Shown piece by piece: positions 48,996 to 57,900 of a stretch of DNA of 64,000 nucleotides (position 1 is the stretch's first letter; every line of letters begins with the position of its first letter). Source of the DNA: Lingula anatina (lineage: Eukaryota; Animalia; Brachiopoda); NCBI GenBank assembly GCA_051362555.1, contig CM120647.1, positions 11,446,651-11,510,650 of the forward strand, given 5' to 3'. The position numbers were made by a program, and so were the translations under genes. Below the pieces are notes generated by a model. The model saw only the letters and a list, made by a program, of their open reading frames with translations, was not told where the DNA came from and did not search any database.

Positions 48996-51562
48996 ATGGA
49001 ATCTGAAAATGCTCCATATGTAACAGAAACTGCTGAAGAGGAAGGTAACACGAATGCAGGTGATAAATATTTATATAAAATAGAAAAAAACAATGAAATG
49101 AAACATAAGTTTGTTGGAGGTAAAAAGAAAAATAAATAAAAATAAATAAAAAAATAAATAAACGGTTGTCATTGCTATTTATTTTTTAAATGAATAAAAT
49201 GACTGTCTCATGAGCTGTGTGTTCCTTGTTTAGCATCAAAGGAATCTCTGCGAGAAGATAACGAAACAGAAAAGATCAGTGCTGTCGAGAAGAGCGGAGA
49301 TGAGGAGGAGGAGGAAGGAGAGAGTGATGAGTTGTCACACCAGGACGCCATGAGGACGGTGAGGGAGGACCTCGCCATCTTAATTCAGGTAGATTTTTTA
49401 GTTGTTTAGCTATGAAGTTAAACATTTGCACTATGCCATATTCTTTCATGTAATCCCTCTTTCAAATAAAGGTGAAAATAAAAGCATTAGTTTACAGTTT
49501 GGATGTTTAATACCCCCCCCCCCCCACACACACACACACTGTTGACAATGGCTTAACACCAATTAAATGCCAATAAAATTGAAATTGGGCCAGTAGGTTA
49601 GAAACTGGAAAAAAAGGAATATTTTCAGTGCCTATAGTCTTTAATTCTTTTCCTTTGGCTCAGACTGACATATTCTGGCAATGGGCAGCAGTTTTTATTT
49701 GTTTTATTATTTTATTACTATTATATTACATTTATTTTCAGAATGATCCATTACTGTCTGACCTTCCACCTGAGATAACACTGGAAGAAGTAAACTCTCA
49801 GATTGCTCTGGAGTATGGACAGGCTCTGACAGTGAACGTACGGAGAGAGGATGGAGAAGTAATGCGTAAGTGTCAAGTGCTATTCATAGTAGACTGCTGC
49901 TCAAGAAGATTAAGTTGAAGGTTTGGATTGTAAATATACAGATAATTTTTCATAATCTGATATTTATTTTTTATTCTCTGTAACAGTTGCTGTATTTGGA
50001 CCAGATCTGTTTTTTTCTCACGGCAGTTTTCCACCAAAAGCATCTTCCAGATTCTGTGTCATTAGATATTCCTCCCTATTTTATTTTTTCAACTCATGCT
50101 GCTCTCCGGCACTGGAGATCAGTCATGATTTGGGGTTGTAAGAGCACGTTCAGAACAGGGGATTAACAGATCCACGGATCAAATATGGCCAACCCTCTTG
50201 AAAGCTTGTTGCATATAATCCCCAGTGAAAATCTATTCAGTGTCTAATCCTGAATTAAGCGGCAAGCTTTTTAGTGGGTCGCCATATTTGATCTGCTAAT
50301 CAGTTAGTCCACTGTTCTGAATGCGCTCTAAAAAGAAAGAACAATCAAATAAACTTTTATATTTTTTTCACAATCTTCACCTCTCCAGCCATAGTGGTAG
50401 TCCAGGGCGGCACAGTGAGGGATCTGAAGGAAGGCGTTAAAAGATACGTAATGCTGAAACAGCACCGAGCAGAGGGAACTAAGTGTATTAGCTGGTGAGA
50501 TACAGAAGAGAGTGTATGACTTTGAGATGGGGGAGGTCACATGATGGTGGGGGGAATGACAGGGATTAGGAGAAGACACTGAAATATGTCAGTGTGTATT
50601 AGGTGATCATATTGTATTAACTAGTGAGATCCTGAAAGGAATAAATGGCTGAGAGGGGGGTGGGGAGGGGAATGACAGGGATAGAAGAATATCCTGAAAC
50701 ATACAATGTGTATTAACTGGTAAAATCCAGAAGGGAGTATATATTTGGGGAGGGGTGGGTCGGTGGGGGGGGGGGGGGGGGGGGGGGTGAACAGATACAT
50801 ACCAATTGTTTTAACTGGTGAGATTTAGAAGGAAGTATACATGTGGCTGAGGGGAAGAGGACGGGGAGGGGGACAAGTTGAATGAAGAGAATATACTGTA
50901 AGATGAGGCTGGGGAAAGCACAGCTTTAAAGGACCTGAGATATCAAAAATTGTATGGTATGATATGGTCAGAAGGATTATGTTATTAAGGGGTATTTAAT
51001 GTCGAAATTTTTGTTTTCTGTTTTAAAATGAGCATGCTATTTTATTTGATTGGACTACTGTCACTACTCACTGCTATTTGTTTATTTATATATTTATTTA
51101 TTTATCTGTCATCATTGCATAAAGGAGAACATTGATATATAATTGAAATTGCTTCTTTCACATTTCTTTTACTCCTGTATTGCAGGCGCTACATTTGGCG
51201 AACATACTGGTTATATTTCAATGGGCAGAAGCTGACAGAGGACAAAAAGCCAATCAAAGAGTGAGTTTATTTTAATTCATGTGATAATGTGAACTACATG
51301 TTGCAGAAATATTTTTGTTTCCACATTGCACTTAAGTCTTACAATAGCTAAGTTTTTTATTCAGAAAACAGATTGTAGTCATTCATTCAAGCTTGAACCC
51401 ATGAAGAAAAAAGAACCAATTTTGATTGAAAGTTCAGATAGATATTAATAATTTTAGTCTGGGAGAAACCAAAGGACTAAGATGCATTTTCTTCAATGTT
51501 TCAGTTATGGCATCGGCAACCGTGATGAGGTGACATTCATTAAGAGGCTGAGACAGCGATGA
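48996..51562 (+). CDS. SNRNP25: U11/U12 snRNP 25 kDa protein; exons 48996-49044, 49234-49388, 49742-49865, 50389-50494, 51186-51260, 51505-51562
   Basis: The spliced frame is continuous (567 nt, 188 aa): ...DPLLSDLPPEITLEEVNSQIALEYGQALTVNVRREDGEVMPIVVVQGGTVRDLKEGVKRYVMLKQHRAEGTKCISWRYIWRTYWLYFNGQKLTEDKKPIKDYGIGNRDEVTFIKRLRQR. This matches the ubiquitin-like SNRNP25. Exon 1 and the start codon are less certain (alternative in-phase donor at 49059). Confidence 0.93.
50142..50328. mobile_element. PIF/Harbinger-like MITE in SNRNP25 intron 3
   Basis: TIRs GAGCACGTTCAGAACAG ... CTGTTCTGAATGCGCTC, an internal IR GATCAAATATGGC / GCCATATTTGATC, and a perfect TAA TSD (50139-41, 50329-31). A related half-copy lies at about 6075-6140. 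Confidence 0.85.
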
Positions 51563-52303
51563 AGGCGCCACCTATTAATCAGGATTAGAATGTACCCTCT
51601 GTGATGGATGAGCAGACCATTGATGGGGTTTGTGGTTGCAGCAGCCTCATCAAATGGAAAATGAACGTGGAACTCTTCACAGTTCTCAGCTCTGTGGCAG
51701 TGGGTGAAAAGGCACAACTGAAGGCGCCAGCTATAGGTGCACATCTGAATTTGCATCAAATTTTCTGTTTGCAGGAGGTGGAAGATGTTATGTCTTGTGC
51801 TTGATTACGGAGCTAACTTTCTGCATGGGTTGCAGTCTGTTTTTTTTTTTTTTTTAATTTTATTTTATCAAGTGAAATAAAGGAAATGCTGACAACCCCA
51901 TGGCTTCTACTACAAAACTGTACTAATATGTACATTTTGTCTAGCCAATACAGGAACAATATAAGTTACTTAATATATGATTGTTGGGCTCAAGGAAAAT
52001 AATAGCTGAATGGACCAGTGACCATGCATGTCAAATAAATACGTTCAATATTTTTTACTGACAGTCACTCTAATAAAGATAGGTATCCAGGTATGGCTGT
52101 TTTGTTTTCAATACCAAGAAGAAATTAAAACATGAAGTGTTCAAACTTACTGTTAATACAAGTTATGTGAATAGGCTTTCAGTTCCTAACATTCAACGAG
52201 AGCAATTTTTGATATTCAAAAGTCTAGTTTGCTTTAAAAAATTGATGCAACTAAGAGCACTCATCAGATATAAAATTAAGCACAACCATTTATGTTTTAT
52301 TTC

Positions 52304-53179
52304 TCAAGATATATCAAACACCTTTACATTATTTTTAACATTATCCACAACGTACAGAGAGTCATTATGAACCAACATTCCCTTGGGCCAGCTTAGTCCA
52401 TCCTCTGAATTCCCAATGCATTTCACAAATATTCCATCACTTTTAAAGATCTGAACTCTTTTATTGTCCTTCTCAGCCACTATGACGTGTCCGAGTCCAT
52501 TAACAGCCACCCCAGTCGGAGTTTTAATATCCCCAGGCTCGTGACCAGGGTAACCAAATTTGGATTTAAAGTTGTACTTTTTATCAAAAGTTAAGATGTT
52601 ATTTTGGCCATAGTTTGATACAATGATGTCACCGTGGTGACCTATGCATATGAAGTAAGGGTACTCTATGGTTACAAGGTCACTGCTTGATATTTTATGG
52701 AGATATTCCCCTTCTCTGTTGTGTATAAATATACAGTGTAAGGTCCAGTCAGAAATGAGGACCCGATCGTTATTGTCGATTGCAATTCTGAGTCCAGATG
52801 CCATGTTATTGTTTGTAAATTGGTGCTTTAAAGTGCCGTCAAGATGGAGGCACTGGATCGTTCTCGCTGCCAGCCCACATGCTTTGTATACGACTGGTAG
52901 TACTAGTTCCTGGTGACTGCTGTTATACACAATACATGAAGTGCCACCCCATATTTGTTGTTTATATTCAGGACAAGCCACAACAAAATGGCCTTTGTAG
53001 CAGTATTCAATATTCAAGTCCTCATCAACTACCAAGGTGAAAATTTGAATTCTGTGTAGGTCAGCCACATATATTCTGCCCTCATCATCCGCAGTGATGT
53101 CATTTGGCTGCTCAAACTGTCCAGGTTGCTTTCCACGTTCTCCAAATACTTGTATGTGTTTCAAAGATGCTTCAGACAT
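52304..53179 (-). CDS. Stand-alone NHL-repeat beta-propeller protein (TRIM2/3/71-like NHL domain only), 291 aa
   Basis: NHL repeats FGERGKQPGQFEQPNDITADDEGRIYVAD, FGYPGHEPGDIKTPTGVAVNGLGHVIVAEKDNKRVQIF and LSWPKGMLV...LYVVDN. ATG 53179 lies 7 nt after the acceptor CTCTTTCAG (53187-88), so the ORF-track extension to 53272 is probably intron. Confidence 0.88.
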   Translation of the reverse strand: MSEASLKHIQVFGERGKQPGQFEQPNDITADDEGRIYVADLHRIQIFTLVVDEDLNIEYCYKGHFVVACPEYKQQIWGGTSCIVYNSSHQELVLPVVYKACGLAARTIQCLHLDGTLKHQFTNNNMASGLRIAIDNNDRVLISDWTLHCIFIHNREGEYLHKISSSDLVTIEYPYFICIGHHGDIIVSNYGQNNILTFDKKYNFKSKFGYPGHEPGDIKTPTGVAVNGLGHVIVAEKDNKRVQIFKSDGIFVKCIGNSEDGLSWPKGMLVHNDSLYVVDNVKNNVKVFDIS

Positions 53180-53719
53180 TTTTAGTCTGAAAGAGTGGAA
53201 AAATATATTAGAAAATAAAAAAATAAGTAATTTCCACATACATACATAACAGTATCCCTGCTGTACATGCATGCAATACCTTAAAATAATTAAAGTTTTT
53301 TTTTCTTTTTTTTATACCTTTAATGGAAGAGAAGCTCAAAACTAAAGAATCTATATATTTTTAAATATAACACACTGACACGTTAACATGTATCTTTACA
53401 TCCCATTCTTAGTGGTCATTATACCAATGCTGCTTCTAATTATAAGCTATGGAAGAATACAGAATGTTCAAGTGCCGTTTTTCAGATGAAATCTTTTTAC
53501 CACTGAGTGTCAAGTGTCATCGCTACTCTAGATATTTGCATTAATGCATGTATTAATTTTTCATTATCGCAACAACGGCATTTGGACTTTTCTTTAGCGC
53601 TAAAACTGTAAAAAGAATTCTGTTCCCCGTGCAAAGAGGGGTACCTGTTTTGACAACGCATGTCCTGCCATCTATCGTGCAATTTTATGAGAGCAGTTTT
53701 AGTACTATTTTTAACTCAC

Positions 53720-53890
53720 ATTTGGCTGCAAGAACATCAGTCTCTCTCAAAACCCCCAAAAATATGGAGAAATATTTCGATGTATGTCCAATTTACAATT
53801 TATTCCTAATTTATATACTTTGAATATTGACATTATTAGCCGGATATTGCCGAATGTTCCCGGAAGTGAACGAAGAACACCTCAGCAAAG
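53720..53890. promoter_or_regulatory. Likely bidirectional promoter of the NHL gene and clathrin light chain
   Basis: A minus-strand donor AAAT|GTGAGT at about 53719 marks the candidate NHL 5' UTR exon. ETS motif CCGGAAGTG at 53860; YY1-like AAGATGGC over the CLC ATG. Confidence 0.55.
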
Positions 53891-54925
53891 ATGGCAGACT
53901 CACCGGTTGGCGAAGGCGATTTCGATCCTATGGCGGAAATTTCTCAGACAGAAGCTGATCCAGCGGCAGCCTTTTTAGCCAGAGAGCAAGATGAACTAGC
54001 TGGACTAGAAGATGACACATTCGGCGTCTCCGGTGGTCAGCAAAGCGGAGGGCAAGGTAAATAAAATGGCATCGATCTCTTGTCGGGGGCGTCACCGTCT
54101 AAGAATGTCTTAAAATATGTCACAAATCTTAGTTAAAGAACACGCTTCGGGTATCGAAATCATTGTAGTGTTACTACTTGTAAGTCATAGATGTCGGCTG
54201 TGTGTTATGTTTTTTCTGTAACTTATATCTTCGAGGAAGTTTTTTGCTACTCACCTGATCTGGAAATCGATTTTAACCCTCATCGCTTTGTTCAAGTGAA
54301 GTGAAAGTTTAAGGTGATAACACACGTGTGGGATTTTAAACTTCAGTTACTACCTTGACTGACTTTGGCAAATTACTCATTAATTCGTTATTGGTTTTCA
54401 GATTTTGGATTTGATGATGATTTAGAACAACCCCCACAGCAGCAGCAGGTAGTGTATCAATCTGGGTGTATTGTGTTTGGTGGGGGTCACATTGGGTTGA
54501 TAATTCGGTGGGGTTTATTTTTAGATTTTTCAGAGACCAAATCTGATTTGTTTACCAGGGATACCAAAGTTGGACTTACAGGTGTACTTATTGTGACCTG
54601 ACAATATTTTCCATGTGGTAAAGTTCAATAAATTATAACTGGGTTTCATGCCGATTAGTAATATTTTTAAATTTATTTTTAAGAAAACTTATAAAGAAAT
54701 GATGAGCTAAGATTTGGTATCTGGGAAGATGTTTTTATAAACTTATATCAGTGTGCTTGTGTTCCTAAAAAGGCATGTTTTTCTTATAGATGTAGATTCT
54801 TTAATTTTGTGATTTATGTTTGGCTACTAGTACTTGTATCTATGTCTTGTTCCTTCTGTTCATAGAGCATTTGGGATAATGTTTGTTTAATACAAGTCTA
54901 GTGTTTAACATTAACATATTGTGGT

Positions 54926-54964
<39 letters not shown>

Positions 54965-57900
54965 TTGTTGCATGTGCTTTATGTTTTGTAGAGTAATGTT
55001 GGAGACTTCCTAGATGACTTTGGTGCCCCACCTCCTGCTGTGAGCATTTTATTCCTCATTTAAATTTTTTTTTTGTTATTTTTCTCACAAATAGTTATTT
55101 ACTAGAAGTAGAATTTTATTACTGAGAGTGTGGCTAGCATTTTGATCTCAGCCAAATGTATGTGAACAACAAAGCACTAGAAAGATAACATATCTTCACT
55201 TGACCTGGTGTTAAGAAAATGTGAAGTTGCCTGTTGAACAAAAATATTGCTAATCCAAAGACCGGTAAGACTCAGAAAAATTTGGGGGGTAAGGAATATT
55301 TATATCAGATATTTTGGTCTTAGAAGGTGAGTACTATTTTTAAAATTTCACAGACATTGACAAACTTAACATTCATGAAAGGTGAATATTTTGATATCTT
55401 TTCTGGTGCTTTTATTCTTTTATTCTTGAAGATGGTCTGAAAGCTAGCATAGTATGAAAAGATTTGTGACAATGCCTCTATTTTCACTCCTGCTTTCCTT
55501 CACTTTTGTTGTTGTCAGCTGTGCAGGTTTGGCATGATATATTGTTTTTGGATAACATTCTATTATTTCTAATACAAGTACATTTTTTAGTTTTAACTAC
55601 ATTTCTTCATAGTTGAGTTTCAAGAGTTCTTTAACTTATATGTTTAAATGTTTTATTTCGTTTAACAGCATGTTTATTTTATTTTTGACCTATTTCATTA
55701 CAAACATATTGTACAGTACTTACATTAAAGTCCCATGTCAATGTAGACAGTTCAGTGTTGTAAACTGATACCATTTTGAATAATGTGTATAGTTAGGATT
55801 GGTTTTGTCATGATGAATTGTGTTTACAGGCGACATCTGGTGGCGATTTTGACTCCCTTGGTGGATATGACAACCAAGAGTATAATGATGTAAGATGTCT
55901 TGGTTGTACTCCCAGGCAATACTAATACAATATTGATACTATATTGATACAAGGGACAGGGATAGGGTGCTTTGGGCTTAAATGTCTGGCACAACTTTTG
56001 AAGCTGCTAGGGGGTAATTAACATTAGTCAGTTACTCCCTAGTTACTCAAGGGGACGTGGCAGCCAATTAAGCTGATTACACTGAAAGCACTTTAGCGAG
56101 AAGCGCAATAGAGTTAGATCCATCCTGCAGGTACAATGGGTTTATGGGAATGCAGTTTTGGTACACTGGCTTGCAAATTAAGGCACGGTAGTAAAATATA
56201 GGTGTCTAGATGTAGAGGTAACAGACTCCTTTAGAAAGAGAGAATGATCCATATATTGAGGTGATAGATTTTATAATCCATATAGTCACATGTGTGCTAC
56301 CAGGTATGTGGGATTCATTTACAGCACAACAGTCCATTTCTTTCACTGTCAGGTGATAGGCTGTGATGAAGAAGTACTTTTATTATGTACAGACACAGAT
56401 GTGTCTGTACATATTGCCATCACCTGCGTCTGTCGTCGCCGATGGCGATGGCGATGGCGATGGCGATGGCGATGCCGATGCCGGCGCCGTGCACTTTCCT
56501 TGTAAACACGATAAGTGGAGGGCAGTTTTACTTTTTGGCTTTATATTTACAGAGCTGATGAATATTCATAAAACGCAGGTCAAGTTCGAAAATCAGCATG
56601 ATCGGGCCATTATTGTAGAAGTTATGCTGTTTTTTCACTTTTCAGCATATTTTTCACATTTCCTCAGATTCAATTCTTAGGCATGTTAACAGTCTCATTA
56701 TTAAACTAATAAGATACGTAAAAGTGTTTGTTTGACATTTCCTGCATCTTTACAACATTGTTAGTTGATTTTGTAAAAATGATGGTAAACTTGTTATCGT
56801 GTATTGTGTAATAAAGTTTCAAAAATGGAAATAAACTCATATCATTGCAGTTTGTCAGATTGAATTATTCACTATGTTCAGAATCTCAGAATGGAAGAAA
56901 TTGGACATTTAACACTGGTCTGTGGATATTTTTCCCATCTCATCAATTTTCTTAGTTGATAATATAAAAATGGCAGTAAACTGTTAATTTTGTTTTATGT
57001 TAAAAATTGTTAAAAATGGAAAAAAAAAACATTTCAGAACAGTGCTGTCTTGTTTACATTTTGGCATTTTCAAGTTGTGACTTCGAAGTTCCATGGGCCT
57101 GAAGACCTTTGCTAGTCACATTTTCTGAATATCCATGATACTAATATTTTATTATTAAAAATTGATGGTCATCATGCTGTTAAACATTATGTAATATTGC
57201 ATCAAAATTTGAAAAAAACCTATTTTGGGCACTGCTCCCATGATGACCATTTAAGAAAAACCATGTCACTTACTGTTCTCAAACAGTACAGTAAATATAT
57301 ATAGATGTGTCTGTACATATTGCCATCACCTGCGTCTGTCGTCGCCGTCGCCGTCGGCGCCGTGCACTTTCCTTGTAAACACGATAAGTGGAAGGCAGTT
57401 TTACTTTTTGGCTTTATATTTACAGAGCTGATGAATATTCATAAAATGCAGGTCAAGTTCGAAAATCAGCATGATCGGGCCATTATTGTAGAAGTTATGC
57501 TGTTTTTTCACTTTTCAGCATATATGCAACACTGTAAACACATTTCAACGAAAACCGATAGGCCTGTTGTCATGAAACTCACAGGAAAAATTGATCTTAC
57601 TAAAACGCAGGTCAAGTTCGAAAATTGGCATGATCGGGCCACTATTTTAGTAGTTATGCTTTTTTATGTACAGACACAGATGTGTCTGTACATATTGCCA
57701 TCACCTGTGTCTGTCGTCGCCGATGGCGATGGCGATGGCGATGGCGATGCCGATGCCGGCGCCGTGCACTTTCCTTGTAAACACGATAAGTGGAGGGCAG
57801 TTTTACTTTTTGGCTTTATATTTACAGAGCTGATGAATATTCATAAAACGCAGGTCAAGTTCGAAAATCAGCATGATCGAGCCATTATTGTAGAAGTTAT

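Noticed and set aside
49628-49918. 96-aa ORF with an apparent TM segment
   Set aside because: It is intron read-through around SNRNP25 exon 3 (49742-49865). The same applies to ORFs 54365 and 60040 around clathrin exons.
48996-51562. Possibility that SNRNP25 or POLR3K contain U12-type introns
   Set aside because: All donors are ordinary U2-type (GTAACA, GTAGAT, GTAAGT, GTGAGA, GTGAGT, GTATGG). None matches RTATCCTT.
53180-53272. Hydrophobic N-terminal extension of the NHL ORF resembling a signal peptide
   Set aside because: It corresponds to an AT-rich intron 3' end with a CTCTTTCAG acceptor, so it is likely not translated.
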